Shown in pieces: positions 1-12,196 of a DNA stretch of 60,920 nucleotides. Source of the stretch: a virus (taxonomy: Duplodnaviria > Heunggongvirae > Uroviricota > Caudoviricetes); the IMG/VR virus record IMGVR_UViG_2744054872_000005. One strand, 5' to 3'. Position 1 is the stretch's first letter, and each line of letters opens with the position of its first letter. The position numbers and the translations under genes are program-made. The notes under the pieces were generated by a model. It saw only the letters and a list, made by a program, of their open reading frames with translations. It made no database searches and had not been told where the DNA came from.

Positions 1-1284
1 TTACAGACTTCTGGAAGGTTGCACAGCTCTTACAACACGCGGTTGATCTTCCGCAGCGTCTTCCAGCGCACTTAAATCACGGTCTTTCACTTCTGGCATT
101 TTCAGCGCAGAGATTAAACCAATCACTGAATATGCCATGATCATAATGGCGATCGGATACCAGGATTCCGTCATGGTGCAGAAAATACCCGCCAGGATAG
201 GACCAAAACCGGAAGCGATAAGACCACCAATTTCTTTAGAAATGGCCATCCGGGTAAAGCGGTTTTTACAGCCGAACATTTCTGCCATGGTAATGTTTTC
301 CAGAGCAAATAATCCCAGCACCGCACAGTTATGAATCACAATCAGTGCAACCATAATGGTGCTCGGGGCATAGCTTTTATCTACAATGATAGAAAGCATT
401 GGCCATGCCAGCACAATCGCGGAGGTATTCATAATAATATACGGGATCCGGCGACCAATTTTATCGGATAACCAACCAAGGAACGGAATGGTCATAAAGC
501 CGAGAATCGAACTAATCATCAATGCATCTGTTGGAATTGCTTTGTTAAACAATAACGTCTGCACTAAATAGCCTGCAAGGAAAGTCTGAATTAACCCGGA
601 GTTACCCGCCTGACCAAAACGCAGCCCTGTTGCCAGCCAGAAGGATTTGCTCTGGAACATGCTACCAGCAGGTGCAGGTTTTGCTGTGGGTTGGTTGCTG
701 TCATTAACCTTCTCAAAGACCGGGCTTTCTTTCAGATTCATACGTAACCAGATAGCAAAGACCATCACGACAACGCTCGCCAGGAACGGTATACGCCATC
801 CCCACGCCAGCAGTTCCTCTTTACTGAGAATGAAGAACATAAAGGCCCAGATTGCCGTTGCGCTCAAGGTTCCGCAGTTAGTTCCCATAGCTACAAATGA
901 GGAGATAATTCCGCGCTTACCTTTTGGTGCATATTCCGCCAGCATCGTACCGGCACCGGAAATTTCCGCACCTGCACCCAACCCCTGAATAATACGCAGC
1001 GTCACCAGCAAGATGGGGGCAAAAACACCAATCTGTGCATAGGTCGGTAACACACCAATTAAGGTGGTACAGATCCCCATCATGGTGATGGTAATAAAGA
1101 GCACTTTTTTACGCCCTATTCTGTCGCCCATTTTGCCGAAAATAAATGCTCCGACAATACGCGCCACATAACCTGCACCGTAGGTTCCCATTGCCAAAAT
1201 TAACGCCATTGCCGTTGATGATTCAGGAAAAAATATTTCATGAAACACTAACGCTGCGCCGAGCGAATATAACTGGAAATCCAT
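1..1284 (-). CDS. MFS-superfamily metabolite:H+ symporter (MHS family, YdfJ-like), complete 427 aa
   Basis: Complete ORF with stop at 1-3; multi-TM hydrophobic profile; MHS-type motif GDRIGRKKVLFITI. Resemblance to E. coli YdfJ is from recall, not searched. Confidence 0.75.
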   Translation of the reverse strand: MDFQLYSLGAALVFHEIFFPESSTAMALILAMGTYGAGYVARIVGAFIFGKMGDRIGRKKVLFITITMMGICTTLIGVLPTYAQIGVFAPILLVTLRIIQGLGAGAEISGAGTMLAEYAPKGKRGIISSFVAMGTNCGTLSATAIWAFMFFILSKEELLAWGWRIPFLASVVVMVFAIWLRMNLKESPVFEKVNDSNQPTAKPAPAGSMFQSKSFWLATGLRFGQAGNSGLIQTFLAGYLVQTLLFNKAIPTDALMISSILGFMTIPFLGWLSDKIGRRIPYIIMNTSAIVLAWPMLSIIVDKSYAPSTIMVALIVIHNCAVLGLFALENITMAEMFGCKNRFTRMAISKEIGGLIASGFGPILAGIFCTMTESWYPIAIMIMAYSVIGLISALKMPEVKDRDLSALEDAAEDQPRVVRAVQPSRSL

Positions 1285-2000
1285 AATTCACAGATGTTTT
1301 TTCTCATTCTGTGGTTTCCTTGGCGCTTTCTAGGTTTTTTCAGATAGTTACATTTTTTCAAAAGCATCCTGAGTTCGATCTTACTATCTATCTGTGGCCT
1401 ATTTCTGTCCCATATATGCCCCAAAAAACACCCCAACAGATAAGCAATCTTTTCATGGTGTTACGCGTAAAAACAATAACGACTTGAAATTATTCAATAC
1501 ACTCTCGAAAGTGCATCAGCCAACCGCAGAACGTTATTGCATACAACGTTTCTGCGGCATATCACGAAACGATTACTTAATGACTGGGACTTCAGACCAC
1601 TCAATATCCGGTACAATTATGTATCAACGCAGTTTAACAACACCCTATATTTAATCCAGAGTGCGAGCAACGTTGTCCCTTTCTCTTTTGCACTCTTAAA
1701 ATATACGATTACTTAAGTGAAGATGCTTGACGAATCGCCAAATAAAACATCTTCATCAGCATAAAAATCCATATATGATTGAAAATTTAGTCATTAATAC
1801 CATTCATATCTGAATACTAACCTAATACGCTTACTAACCGTGAGAAATCTTTTTTTTCGACTTAATCACTCGAAATAAACTTTCACTCAATTGAAAACAA
1901 TTAGCTACAATTATCATTGCAATATCAAATCAAACATAACAACTTGCATAAATTCTCATGGGATACAGCATCAGTTGTGCCAAACACATAAGGAATTGAA

Positions 2001-2198
2001 ATGGACGGAGAAAGCTTTAACTTTGATGACAATGATATTGAATTTATTGCTTCAATGTATGCATCATGTAAATTATCAGGAAGTATCGCCCCCATAATGC
2101 ATATAATGGTTAGCATTCCAAAAAATAAGAAAAAACAATTCTACGAACGAGTTGAGCATTATTGTAGTTTATATTCCAATAAAAACCCACCTTCTTAA
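2001..2198 (+). CDS. hypothetical small protein (65 aa) in AT-rich spacer
   Basis: ATG preceded by AAGGAA about 8 nt upstream; no recognisable domain; AT-rich context so could be spurious. Confidence 0.25.
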   Translation: MDGESFNFDDNDIEFIASMYASCKLSGSIAPIMHIMVSIPKNKKKQFYERVEHYCSLYSNKNPPS

Positions 2199-2902
2199 AT
2201 TCGCTGCATTCTAGTGGATTCCATTAAGAAAACAATGACATACACTCAAACACATCTTTTTTATCAACAGTGAATTTCAGTTCGGCCAGTTTTTACCAGC
2301 TATTATAAAAATAGCACCCATATAAAGTTTTCACCCCACAGGTACAGCTGGCCATTCGATAACCGCACTAAGGAAGTGCCAACACGACATCAGCAAGACC
2401 CGATATTTCTTCCATGCCGCCAGCAACGATGTTAAGGTTAAATTAATTATAAAAAAATATATTATAATTCCATCTTCGCATTAAATTTTAACCTTTAATC
2501 TCCACACGGAACAAGTTGCATAGGTGACTATATTAAGAAAACTTATAACCACCAAAAAGATTTGCTTTGCAAGCAAAAACAGTGACCATTGACTCTAAGA
2601 AAATTCCGATCTATTGTTAGTGTCATCAAAGTTACTTAACAGTATTCCGAAATGAAAATACAAAGCAAGCTAATTGTCTTATTAAACATTATCATTGCAT
2701 TTATATTATTTGAGCTTTTAGCTCAAAAATTTGGTTTGAGTACATTATTTTAAAGCAAGATAAACAATATCGGGCACTCTAGTTTTTATAATTAACAATT
2801 AAACGCCCATAAAATGTTATTTACTTTTCTTCGCTATTGTCATATCTTAATATAGTGGCTTACGCCACTCTACTTTCATCATATTTTGTACGTTTATGTA
2901 CT

Positions 2903-2932
2903 CGCCATGAAGCTCTTTCATGGCGATTTTTT
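2903..2932 (+). terminator. candidate rho-independent terminator
   Basis: Inverted repeat cgccatgaa / ttcatggcg followed by attttttatt. Confidence 0.3.
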
Positions 2933-3018
2933 ATTCTTAATCCAAGAACATACTCCCTACCTATAGAAAAATCACTTTTTGAACAAAAGAATAACGTATT
3001 TAGGTAATCATTACGAAT

Positions 3019-3600
3019 TTACCCTATAGGTGCTACTGGCCATTCAATATCCGGTGCAGTTGTTGTATTAACACGGTTCAGCAACACCCGATACTTCTTC
3101 CAGGCTTCCAGCAACGAGATTTCTTCCTCCGTTGCAATTTCCAGATCTGCAGCATCCTGAAGCGGCGCAATATGCTCACTGGCTACCTGCATCAGGTTGT
3201 TTTTTGTTTCTTCCGCCTCCCGGATCCGGAACAGTTTTTCTGCTTCCGTATCCTTCACCCAGGCTGTGCCGTTCCACTTCTGATATTCCCCTTCCGGCGA
3301 TAACCAGGTGACATTTTCCGGTAACGAGCCAAGTTCAGAAATAAATAACGCGTCGCCGGAAGCCACGTCATAGACGGTTTTTCCCCGATGATCTTCAACG
3401 AGATGCCACGATGCCTCATCACTGTTGAAAACAGCCACAAAGCCAGCCGGAATATCTGGCGGTGCAATATCGGTACTGTTTGCTGGCAGACCTGTATGAG
3501 GCGGAATATATGCGTCACCTTCACCAATAAATTCATTAGTTCCGGCCAGCAGATTATAAATTTTTATGGTCCGTGGTTGTTCACTCATTCTGAATGCCAT
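3019..3600 (-). CDS. tfa: tail fibre assembly protein Tfa
   Basis: 193 aa, near-identical by recall to lambda Tfa; start overlaps stf stop (TAATG). Confidence 0.9.
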   Translation of the reverse strand: MAFRMSEQPRTIKIYNLLAGTNEFIGEGDAYIPPHTGLPANSTDIAPPDIPAGFVAVFNSDEASWHLVEDHRGKTVYDVASGDALFISELGSLPENVTWLSPEGEYQKWNGTAWVKDTEAEKLFRIREAEETKNNLMQVASEHIAPLQDAADLEIATEEEISLLEAWKKYRVLLNRVNTTTAPDIEWPVAPIG

Positions 3601-6600
3601 TATGCAAGCCTCACAATATAGTTAAATGCGATGTTTTTGACGGTGTTTTCCGCGTTACCAGCAGCGTTAACGGTGATGGTGTGTCCATGTGAACCAATCG
3701 CAACGGAGTGCGTATGAGCACCAATACCGACAGTATGCGCGTGTGCACCTGCAGATGCTGCTGTGCCGGACAGTGAGTGGCTATGATTACCATCTGTACT
3801 GGTATTAGCTAACCACCCCGTAGACATACCTACTGAGCCTTGTACACCCCAGGTATTTTGACCTGAGCTTGTATAACCATATTGATAAGTATCTTTAAAA
3901 ACACTGGGGTTAAATCGACGGCCATCTCTATGGCTGTGATTACCAGCTGCATTCGTGCTGCCACTTAAACTATGGGTATGCGCACCAGTGTTATTCGTGG
4001 ATTTAGTGCCGTAATCAAACGACGATGTGGTTTTCGTCCCCAAATCCGTACTGGATGCGCTGGCGCTGTGGGTATGCGATTTAATGCCGTCCTGTTCCTG
4101 AGACAATACGGCCCGACCACTGGTAGGTTTGCCCTTAATCGTCCAGCCACGCATATCAGGGATCACGCCTGACGGATAAGCCGCTGCAAGTTTCGGGTAT
4201 GCAGATTTGTCAAAAGTCTGCCCCTGCATCAGGGCATAGCCAGACGGAACGTTATCTGATGGCCACGGGATTGGTGCACCGACTGGATAAAACTCTGCAG
4301 GAGGATGAGCCGAGGTGTAAAGCTGCGCCCACGGCGACCAGTTTGCGTCGGTCGTATCCCGTCGTGAACGAATAAATGCCGGAGCATGAGCACCGCTTGT
4401 ACCACTCCAGCCGATGAGTAACTCACCTTCGCCAACGGCTGTCATCCCTTTCAGGTGAATGATATTTCCATACGCTGTTGGATATCCGTTGTTATACACC
4501 TCGTATAACTCAAGACCTGTTGCCCCCTGCGTATTGTCTGTCAGCGCGGTTACCCGACCTTTTGAAGACAGATTAACTGATGATACTGCTGTTCCACCTG
4601 ACGGTAACGCCCCGATCTCTGATGCCGTTGGCTTATTTCTGGAGTTATAGTCCCTTCGCCAGCCAGGTGAATAATCTGTTCCGTGATTAATATAGGTAAA
4701 CTGGGCGTTAGTTGTTCCACCACCAGTGGAGGTGGTCGGTGTGGTAATGCGGATCGTCATCGCTGACTTTATCCCCATTACTTCAATGACAGCTCCGGCG
4801 AGATGAATATTACCGCAGTCAGTATCAGTAATGATTTTATTATTGCCATAAGACCAGGAACCCTTGCACATCCAGTAGGGATGGTTAAATGCTCCCTGAG
4901 AATCCAGCCACTCGATAAACTGTGCAGTCGTCCAGTTTCCTGTTATTGTGCTTACTGACCCACCAAAGGCACGGCAGGCACCAATATTTTTCGTAAAGGT
5001 GCCTTTGCCAGGGATATCCGCACCGTTCTGATCTTTCTGCAGACGTTTCTCAGCATTGTCATAGGCTGTTTTTACTGCCTTTGGTGTCGCGGCAAGCGTT
5101 TCAGACGTGCTGTTGGTCGCGCTGCTTAGCTGGATTATCCCTTTCTGTGCTGTCGTTGCATCCTGTGCGGTGTATTTCCCGTTAGCCAGGTCATACGCGG
5201 CCTTAACGGCTTTTGGTGTTGCCGCCAGTGACTCGGAAGTGCTGTTAGTCGCACTACTGAGCTGTACTATCCCCTTTTTCGTCGTGCTCGCATCCTCAAG
5301 CGCCACAGCGGATGCAATATCCTCTGCCCGTTTTGCTGCTGTCTCGGCGCGCGTTGCTGCGGATTCTGCCGTACTCTTGCTCTGTGCTGCCGCCGTCGCA
5401 CTGCCAGCAGCCTCTGTTGCCTTCGTGGATGCCGTCGTGGCGCTGCCCTTCGCTGCTGACGCTTGTCTGGTCGCCTCATCTTTTGAAGCAGACGCCGATG
5501 AGGCCGATGACGCCGCCGAACTGGCGGACGATGCGGCAGCCGTTTTTGAGGATTCTGCGCTGGTTTCCGACGCTTTCGCGTTCGTTTCGGATGTCTTCGC
5601 TGCGGAAGCTGACCTCGCTGCTGCGCTGGCCTGTTCAGTGGCTTCGCCAGCCTTCGTTGTGGCTGTTGAAGCGGATGATGCGGCGCTTTCTGCCGATTTT
5701 CCGGCGGCGATGGCACTGGCTGAGGCCTGCCCGGCACTTGTTGACGCGGCACTGGCAGACGACGCAGCCGCTGTTTTTGAGCCTGCCGCAGCTGAGGCGC
5801 TCTGTCCCGCTGCCGTCTCAGAAGACCTGGCGTTCGTCTCGGACGTTTTTGCCGCCTTCGCGGAATTTGCTGCCGCCGTTGCCGAGGAAGCTGCGCTACT
5901 GGCGCTCGAGGATGCGTTCGTTTCTGATGATTTTGCCGCCTCTTTTGAAGCCGACGCATCCCGGGCTGAGGTGGCAGCTTCTGACGCTTTCGTAGTCGCG
6001 GTGGATGCAGAAGTGGCTGCTGATTGTTGTGACGCTGCAGCATTCGTTTCTGACGTTTTCGCGGCACCGGCACTGGTAGCTGCCGCGCTTTTTGAGGACT
6101 CTGCAGCGGCAGCACTTTTTTCCGCTTCAGTGGCCTTTGTTGATGCCGTTCCTGCGCTGGAAGACGCTGACTGAGCCGACGAAGCGGCCTGTCCGGCTGA
6201 CGTGCTGGCTGCGCGTGCTGAGCCTGCAGCATCAGTCGCATGGGTTGCCGCCTCACGGGCAGATGTGCCGGCATCGCCGGCTGACTTCTTCGCGGCTGCC
6301 GTGTTCTGTGCCACCGCGGACGCGTTACGCGCCACCTCTTCCACCATCAGTTCAAAACGGCGCAGAGCCTCCGGACGGGCATCATCCTCCGTCATGGCAC
6401 CGAGAAAATCATTCAGCGTACCGGGTCGGGAATCTTCATACACGGTGATGGTCCCGGCATGTGACGGCGGGAATCCTTCCACCAACAGAATAACGCTGTA
6501 CTGACCGTACTCAACGTCCATGCTGTAACGCCCGGCTTCATCCGGATTTTCTGAGGCCAGCGTGTTCACCACCACCGCGGTGCTGTTACGTTTTGCTTTC

Positions 6601-6677
6601 AGCTGGATTGTGCAGTTCTGTACTGGTTTTCCTGTGCCGTCTTTCAGTACACCTGAAATCTTTACTGCCATATTCAC
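3600..6677 (-). CDS. stf: side tail fibre protein Stf (1025 aa) with long Ala/Ser-rich repeat region and His-rich C-terminal tip
   Basis: Lambda/Rac Stf-like N-terminus, extended A/S/T-rich repeats, C-terminal HxH-rich receptor-binding region; position between lom and tfa. Confidence 0.9.
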   Translation of the reverse strand: MNMAVKISGVLKDGTGKPVQNCTIQLKAKRNSTAVVVNTLASENPDEAGRYSMDVEYGQYSVILLVEGFPPSHAGTITVYEDSRPGTLNDFLGAMTEDDARPEALRRFELMVEEVARNASAVAQNTAAAKKSAGDAGTSAREAATHATDAAGSARAASTSAGQAASSAQSASSSAGTASTKATEAEKSAAAAESSKSAAATSAGAAKTSETNAAASQQSAATSASTATTKASEAATSARDASASKEAAKSSETNASSSASSAASSATAAANSAKAAKTSETNARSSETAAGQSASAAAGSKTAAASSASAASTSAGQASASAIAAGKSAESAASSASTATTKAGEATEQASAAARSASAAKTSETNAKASETSAESSKTAAASSASSAASSASSASASKDEATRQASAAKGSATTASTKATEAAGSATAAAQSKSTAESAATRAETAAKRAEDIASAVALEDASTTKKGIVQLSSATNSTSESLAATPKAVKAAYDLANGKYTAQDATTAQKGIIQLSSATNSTSETLAATPKAVKTAYDNAEKRLQKDQNGADIPGKGTFTKNIGACRAFGGSVSTITGNWTTAQFIEWLDSQGAFNHPYWMCKGSWSYGNNKIITDTDCGNIHLAGAVIEVMGIKSAMTIRITTPTTSTGGGTTNAQFTYINHGTDYSPGWRRDYNSRNKPTASEIGALPSGGTAVSSVNLSSKGRVTALTDNTQGATGLELYEVYNNGYPTAYGNIIHLKGMTAVGEGELLIGWSGTSGAHAPAFIRSRRDTTDANWSPWAQLYTSAHPPAEFYPVGAPIPWPSDNVPSGYALMQGQTFDKSAYPKLAAAYPSGVIPDMRGWTIKGKPTSGRAVLSQEQDGIKSHTHSASASSTDLGTKTTSSFDYGTKSTNNTGAHTHSLSGSTNAAGNHSHRDGRRFNPSVFKDTYQYGYTSSGQNTWGVQGSVGMSTGWLANTSTDGNHSHSLSGTAASAGAHAHTVGIGAHTHSVAIGSHGHTITVNAAGNAENTVKNIAFNYIVRLA

Positions 6678-6682
6678 CCCAC

Positions 6683-6709
6683 AAAAAAGCCCGCCTGAAC
6701 CGGCGGGCT
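6683..6709 (-). terminator. rho-independent terminator downstream of lom
   Basis: GC hairpin agcccgcc/ggcgggct with a T-run on the minus strand. Confidence 0.6.
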
Positions 6710-6735
6710 GTCATAACACTGTGTTACCTGGCTAA

Positions 6736-7335
6736 TCAGAATTTATAGCCAACACCCACGATGAACCCGTCAGTGCGCCAGCCGCCACTGCCGGAGCCTT
6801 CATAAGCGACATCAACGGCCACGGATTCGGTCGGGTTAAACTGCACCCCAGCTCCCCACGCCAGAGAGGTGTTACTGTGGCGAGCGTCATCACTTCCGGT
6901 CAGCACGTCGTGCGTTTTCCCCTTGCTGTCAGTTACGCGGAGATAATCCCCGGAGAAGGTCGAAACACGGCTGTAAGCCACACCCGCTACCGCATAAGCA
7001 CTGAACCATTCATTCACGCGTACAGATGGCCCCGCCATCACGCTGAACCAGCGGTTACGCACTGAATCTTCATGCCAGCGGGTATCGCTGTAACGGGTAA
7101 TCTGGCGATTCTTGTCTCCTGCATAGCTGAATGACGTCACCATCCCCAGTGTGTCCGTAAACTCATAACGGTATTTCACGTTAATCCCGTTCAGATCGTC
7201 GCTGCCGGGAACGTTGGTCCGGGCATGAAGATACCCCGCGCTCAGCGTGGACTGATGTTCAGACGCCCATGCAGGCGCACCGGATACAGCCAGACAAATG
7301 GCTGCGGACAAAATGGCGGCATAAAGTTTACGCAT
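6736..7335 (-). CDS. lom: outer membrane protein Lom (Ail/Lom family)
   Basis: 199 aa with signal peptide, C-terminal GYKF, high similarity to lambda Lom by recall. Confidence 0.9.
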   Translation of the reverse strand: MRKLYAAILSAAICLAVSGAPAWASEHQSTLSAGYLHARTNVPGSDDLNGINVKYRYEFTDTLGMVTSFSYAGDKNRQITRYSDTRWHEDSVRNRWFSVMAGPSVRVNEWFSAYAVAGVAYSRVSTFSGDYLRVTDSKGKTHDVLTGSDDARHSNTSLAWGAGVQFNPTESVAVDVAYEGSGSGGWRTDGFIVGVGYKF

Positions 7336-7359
7336 AATTACCTCTCGCTTTTCTGCAAT

Positions 7360-7384
7360 AAAAAAGGCACCATTTCTGGTGCCC
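7360..7384 (-). terminator. rho-independent terminator downstream of J
   Basis: Hairpin ggcacc/ggtgcc followed by a T-run on the minus strand. Confidence 0.55.
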
Positions 7385-7404
7385 TTATATGGGTTATAAC
7401 AATT

Positions 7405-10400
7405 TCAACGAATACTGATGCCGGAAGCAGCTTTTTTGGTCACAATCACCGTACAGTCGGTGATATTGCCTGCCCCCTGATTGCCTTTCTGGAAAATCTT
7501 AAACTCCAGAGTGACGCTTCCCCTGCCACTCGGCATATCAATAACCGCACTGTAACTACCGGGAATGGCCCCTTTAGTTTCTCTGGACGCGATTAATACG
7601 CCGTTTTTGCGAACTTCAAAACCATAACCCGTGTATCGCGTGCCTCCGGGGTTATTTCCGCTCCCCGGATCGTCATACGCTATACCGTTAAAAATAATGG
7701 GCGGAATAATAATCTGGCGGTCAAAGTTATGATCATCGCTGATGGTGACTGTAACCGTACCGTCTGGTGTTTCCGTGTTACCCCACGTACCGACTTTTTT
7801 CGGGAAGGCTTTTGATACAGCTTTAACGAAATCCCCTCTGACCTGGGTCGCCTCCAGCATGCCCTTAATCGTACAGTTCTGGTTAATCGTGACATTGTTG
7901 AGCGTTCCTGAGTTCGCATTCACACTGCCACTGATATCCGCATTTTTAGCGGTCAGCTTTCCGTCTGATGTCAGGGAAAATACCGGAGGACTGCCACCGC
8001 TGGTAATGGTGGGTGCCGTCAGGCGTTTCAGGAACACGTCGTTCATGAATATCTGGTTGCCCTGCGCCACAAACATCGGCGTTTCATTCCCGTTTGCCGG
8101 GTCAATAAACGCGATACGGTTAGCGGCAACCAGAAACTGACTCAGTTTGCCTTCCTCCGTGTCCTCCATACTGAGGCCAATACCCGCGACATAATGTTTG
8201 CCGTCTTCGGTCTGCTCAATTTTGACGCCCCACATGGCATTCCATTTATCGTTGGCGTCTTTCCACTCTTTCGAAAACTCCTCCAGTCTGCTGGCGTTAT
8301 CCTCCGTCAGCTCGACTTTTTCCAGCAGCTTCTTGCCAAGATGGGATTCGGTTATCTGGCCTTTGAAAAAATCCAGGTAACCTTCCGCATCATCGCTCGC
8401 CCGACCGACGGCCTCCACAAATGCCGATTTGCCGACGGTGTTCACACTGCGGATATAAAAGTAATAATCATGGCCCGGTTTGATATTGATACTGGCGGCT
8501 ATCCAGTACAGCGCCGTACCAAGATAGCGGGCTGTGGTTTCAACCTGCCTGATATCCGCAATCCGCTTTTCCGAGAACCAGAACTCAAACTGTACCGTCG
8601 GGTCATAAACGGCAAGATGCGGCGTGGCGGTTATCTGAAAATAGCCCGGCGTCAGCTCAATCCTCGACGGTGCTGCCGGTGCGGCAATCCGGAACGATAC
8701 CGACGCCGGATCGCCCTGCTGCCCCCACGCATTTACCGCCCGGACTGTCAGCCTGTAGTTCCCCAGCGCCAGTTGCGTGAAGCGGTATGTGGTTTCCGTC
8801 GTCCGGGCCGTGCTGACCAGCCGCTCACTGCCGTCATCCGCTGTTACGGTCAGACGGAGCAGGAAGCTCACGCCCTTCACCACCTTCGGCGTGTCCCAGC
8901 GCGCCAGCACCTGATATTCCCCGCTGCCTGCGGTGACTTCGGCGGTCAGGTGCTGCACCGCTGGCGGCGTGACACCATTCACCGTGCCGCTCTGGTCGCC
9001 GTCAAAGTGCGCCCCGTTATCCACGATGGCTTCTTTTTCCGGTACATGCTGCACGGCAGTGATGGCATACGTGCCGTCATCGTTCTCACGGATACTCACA
9101 CAGCGGAACAGGCGCTGGCGCAGCGTCGGCAGCTTAAGCCCCCACACGCTGTATTCAGCAACACCGTCAGGAACCCGGCTAACTTTTACCTTCACGCCGT
9201 CGGTGACGGACTGGACCTCCACGCTGACCGGATTGCCACTTCCGTCAACCAGGCTTATTAGCGTGGTACCGGAGGATGGCAGCGTGATTTCACGGTCGAG
9301 CGTCAGCGTCCGGGTCTGGCTGTTCACAGCTAGCACGCGCCCGCCGATGCTGATCCCCGCATAGTCATCATCGCAGATTTCAATAACATCACCCGGCACA
9401 TGGCGAAGCCCTTCGGCACCCACGCTGAAATCCACGGTCTGCGTCTCCAGCAGCTCCGTTTTAATCAGCCACAGCCCGGCGCGGTGTGCCTGCCCCCGTC
9501 TGGTACAGCCAAAGGCATCCATCTTCGTAACATTACGACCGTAACGGGCAATGGCCTGCGTATCTTCAACAAGCTCTGTCGCCGTCTCCCAGCCGTTGTT
9601 CGGGTCAATCCAGTTCACCTCAACGGCATTATGGCGGTCCTTCAGGGCGCTGAAGCTGTAGCGGAACGGCGCGCCATCATCCGGCATCACCACATTACTG
9701 CGGTTATAGGTCCACACCTTATCTGATGGTCGGTCCTGCACGAACGTCAGCGTCTGCCCGTTCCATACCGGCATACAGCGCATCGCCGAGCAGAAATCAC
9801 TGAGCACATCCCACGCCTTGCGCTGTGTGGTCAGGTACGCATTACAGGTGATGCGCGGCTCCGTGCCGCCAAAGCCGTCCGGCACTGACTGGTCGCAGTA
9901 CTGGCCGATGACATACAGCGCCCATTTATCCACATCCGCCGCACCAAGACGTTTCCCCATGCCGTAGCGCGGATGGGTCAGCATATCCCACAGACACCAG
10001 GCCATGTTGTTGCTGTATGCCGGTTTAAACGTTCCGTCCCAGATACCGCTGTATTGCCGCGTCTGCGGGTTATAATTCGACGGCACCTGCAGAATACGCC
10101 CGCGCAGATGATAATTACGGCTCACCTGCTGGCTGCCGAACTGCTCCGAGTCCACCTGCACGCCGATCAGTGCCGTGTTCGGGTAGCACTGTTTCACATC
10201 GATAATTTCGGTGTATGACGACCAGAGCGTTTTGTTCTGCAGCTGGTCTGTGGTGCTGTCCGGCGTCATCCTGCGCATCCGGATACTGAACGGGCGCGGC
10301 GGCAGGTTATCCACCACCACCGAGGCCAGATACTGTGAAGTGGTTTTACCCTTAATGGTGATGTCTTTTTCCGTCACCCAGCCACCGTTACGTTGTATCT

Positions 10401-10818
10401 GAACCAGCAGGCGGACTTCCGACGGATTCCGGTCACCCTTTGAGGTGGTTTCCACCAGTGCCTGCACGCCGAAAGTAAAACGCAGACGGTCAATGTTTGC
10501 CGACGTGATGGTCCGGGTGATCGGCGTGTCATATTTCACTTCTGTACCGAGCACCGTCTCGGAGCCGGAGGATTCAAATCCCTCCGGCGGTGTCTGCTCC
10601 TGCTCACCGGCCCGGAACACCACCGTGACGCCGGATATATTGGTATTCCCCTCACTGTCCAGCACCGGCGTACTGTTCAGCAGCACGCTTTTTAATCCAT
10701 CCACCGGACCTTCAACCGGCCCTTCGCTGATGGCATCGATCACACTCAGCAGCTGCGTGGACTTCAGGTTGTCCTTCGCTTCGCGCGGGGTATGCCCCTT
10801 ACTGCTGCCTTTACCCAT
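7405..10818 (-). CDS. J: host specificity protein J (central tail fibre)
   Basis: 1137 aa, collinear with lambda gpJ; position between I and lom. Confidence 0.95.
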   Translation of the reverse strand: MGKGSSKGHTPREAKDNLKSTQLLSVIDAISEGPVEGPVDGLKSVLLNSTPVLDSEGNTNISGVTVVFRAGEQEQTPPEGFESSGSETVLGTEVKYDTPITRTITSANIDRLRFTFGVQALVETTSKGDRNPSEVRLLVQIQRNGGWVTEKDITIKGKTTSQYLASVVVDNLPPRPFSIRMRRMTPDSTTDQLQNKTLWSSYTEIIDVKQCYPNTALIGVQVDSEQFGSQQVSRNYHLRGRILQVPSNYNPQTRQYSGIWDGTFKPAYSNNMAWCLWDMLTHPRYGMGKRLGAADVDKWALYVIGQYCDQSVPDGFGGTEPRITCNAYLTTQRKAWDVLSDFCSAMRCMPVWNGQTLTFVQDRPSDKVWTYNRSNVVMPDDGAPFRYSFSALKDRHNAVEVNWIDPNNGWETATELVEDTQAIARYGRNVTKMDAFGCTRRGQAHRAGLWLIKTELLETQTVDFSVGAEGLRHVPGDVIEICDDDYAGISIGGRVLAVNSQTRTLTLDREITLPSSGTTLISLVDGSGNPVSVEVQSVTDGVKVKVSRVPDGVAEYSVWGLKLPTLRQRLFRCVSIRENDDGTYAITAVQHVPEKEAIVDNGAHFDGDQSGTVNGVTPPAVQHLTAEVTAGSGEYQVLARWDTPKVVKGVSFLLRLTVTADDGSERLVSTARTTETTYRFTQLALGNYRLTVRAVNAWGQQGDPASVSFRIAAPAAPSRIELTPGYFQITATPHLAVYDPTVQFEFWFSEKRIADIRQVETTARYLGTALYWIAASINIKPGHDYYFYIRSVNTVGKSAFVEAVGRASDDAEGYLDFFKGQITESHLGKKLLEKVELTEDNASRLEEFSKEWKDANDKWNAMWGVKIEQTEDGKHYVAGIGLSMEDTEEGKLSQFLVAANRIAFIDPANGNETPMFVAQGNQIFMNDVFLKRLTAPTITSGGSPPVFSLTSDGKLTAKNADISGSVNANSGTLNNVTINQNCTIKGMLEATQVRGDFVKAVSKAFPKKVGTWGNTETPDGTVTVTISDDHNFDRQIIIPPIIFNGIAYDDPGSGNNPGGTRYTGYGFEVRKNGVLIASRETKGAIPGSYSAVIDMPSGRGSVTLEFKIFQKGNQGAGNITDCTVIVTKKAASGISIR

Positions 10819-10878
10819 TCCTCACGCTCCATAAACGATAAAACCGCCCGGAGGCGGTTTCACATAAAACATTTTGCA

Positions 10879-11550
10879 TCAGCGACCAATCACCACAACC
10901 TGACCACCATCCCCTTCGTCTGCCGTGCTGATCTCCTGAGAAACCACGCGTGACCCCACGCGCATTTCACCGTACAGAACCGGCAGAACATTGCCCTGGG
11001 CAACCATGTTATCCAGGGAGGAGAAATAGGTGTTCTGTTTTCCGTTATCTGTACTTGCTGCCGTGGGCGTCCTGGCTTTCGGTGCCAGCATCTGCGCCAC
11101 ACCACCGAGCACCATACTGGCACCGAGAGAAAACAGGATGCCGGTCATACCACCGGCCACAATGGCTGCCCCCCATGCTGTAAGGGTGGCTCCGGCGGTA
11201 AAGAATGATCCGGCAATGGCGGCTGCTCCCAGGACAATCTGGAATACACCACCTGACTTGGCCCCGGCGACTCTGGGAACAATATGAATCACAGCGCCAT
11301 CAGGCAGAGTCTCATGTAACTGCGCCGTTAATCCGGACGTGCTGACATCCTGCCCGGCAATCCGTACCTGATACCAGCCGTCGCTCAGTTTCTGACGAAA
11401 CGCCGGGAGCTGTGTGGCCAGCGCCCGAATGGCTTCAGCCCCCGTTTTCACACGAAGGTCGATGCGGCGGCCAAATCGTTGTAAATCCCCGTAAAGGCAG
11501 ATGCGCGCCATGCCCGGTGACGCCAGAGGGAGTGTGTGCGTCGCTGCCAT
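10879..11550 (-). CDS. I: tail assembly protein I
   Basis: 223 aa, near-identical to lambda gpI by recall. Confidence 0.95.
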   Translation of the reverse strand: MAATHTLPLASPGMARICLYGDLQRFGRRIDLRVKTGAEAIRALATQLPAFRQKLSDGWYQVRIAGQDVSTSGLTAQLHETLPDGAVIHIVPRVAGAKSGGVFQIVLGAAAIAGSFFTAGATLTAWGAAIVAGGMTGILFSLGASMVLGGVAQMLAPKARTPTAASTDNGKQNTYFSSLDNMVAQGNVLPVLYGEMRVGSRVVSQEISTADEGDGGQVVVIGR

Positions 11551-12191
11551 TTGTCGGTATACCTCTCTCGTTTGCTCAGTTGTTCAGGAATATGGTGCAG
11601 CAGCTCGCCATCACCACAGTAAATGGCGGCATGATTCGGCACCGATGAACCAAAACAGCACAGCAGCACATCGCCCGGTTGTGCCGCTGACAACGGCACC
11701 TGATACAGCCCTGTGGCCTCCAGATTATCCAGATAGAGATTCTGACCGTGACGCCACCAGTCATCCTCGCGATGAAAATCCGGCATCTCAATCCCCGCCA
11801 GATGATAAGCATCCCGGAACAGCGTGTAACAGTCCGTCACCCCGTGTTCAAAGCGCCGCCCGGTGAGATGCGGCACACAGCGGAACTTATGAATCGTCCC
11901 CCGGCAGACCAGCCACCACGGCAAATCACTCTGCACCTGCAGCCGCCGGTCAGCCTCACTCAGCCAGGGCAGACCACCGGGGTGGCTGTGGACCAGCGCC
12001 ACAATCTCACCCTGCATTTCTGCCTGCAGCCAGTCTTCCGGCGACATACGGAAATACGCCTCCGGCTCACCGGAGATATTCACGCAGGGAAAATATCTTT
12101 CCCCCTCCGGCGTGCTTACCACGAAGCCGCACGACTCCGCTGGCGCACATCGCCGGGCGTGCGCCAGAATCGCTGATTCTGTCTGTGTCAT
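11448..12191 (-). CDS. K: tail tip assembly protein K (JAMM/MPN plus NlpC/P60-like)
   Basis: HSHP JAMM motif; overlaps I as in lambda; alternative shorter start at 12047 would give 199 aa. Confidence 0.85.
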   Translation of the reverse strand: MTQTESAILAHARRCAPAESCGFVVSTPEGERYFPCVNISGEPEAYFRMSPEDWLQAEMQGEIVALVHSHPGGLPWLSEADRRLQVQSDLPWWLVCRGTIHKFRCVPHLTGRRFEHGVTDCYTLFRDAYHLAGIEMPDFHREDDWWRHGQNLYLDNLEATGLYQVPLSAAQPGDVLLCCFGSSVPNHAAIYCGDGELLHHIPEQLSKRERYTDKWQRRTHSLWRHRAWRASAFTGIYNDLAAASTFV

Positions 12192-12196
12192 GGGAT

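Noticed and set aside
5107-6274. Long ORFs on both strands (5107-6174 +, 5267-6274 -, 5312-5995 +) within the stf region
   Set aside because: They lie inside the Ala/Ser-rich repeat tract of stf in alternative frames or antisense, have extreme low-complexity composition (poly-A/L/R/Q-like) and no start context; artefacts of the repetitive GC-rich sequence.
8194-9364. Plus-strand ORFs (8194-9261, 8933-9364) antisense to gene J
   Set aside because: Entirely embedded antisense in a well-supported J gene; Arg/Pro-rich composition typical of antisense frames of GC-rich coding DNA.
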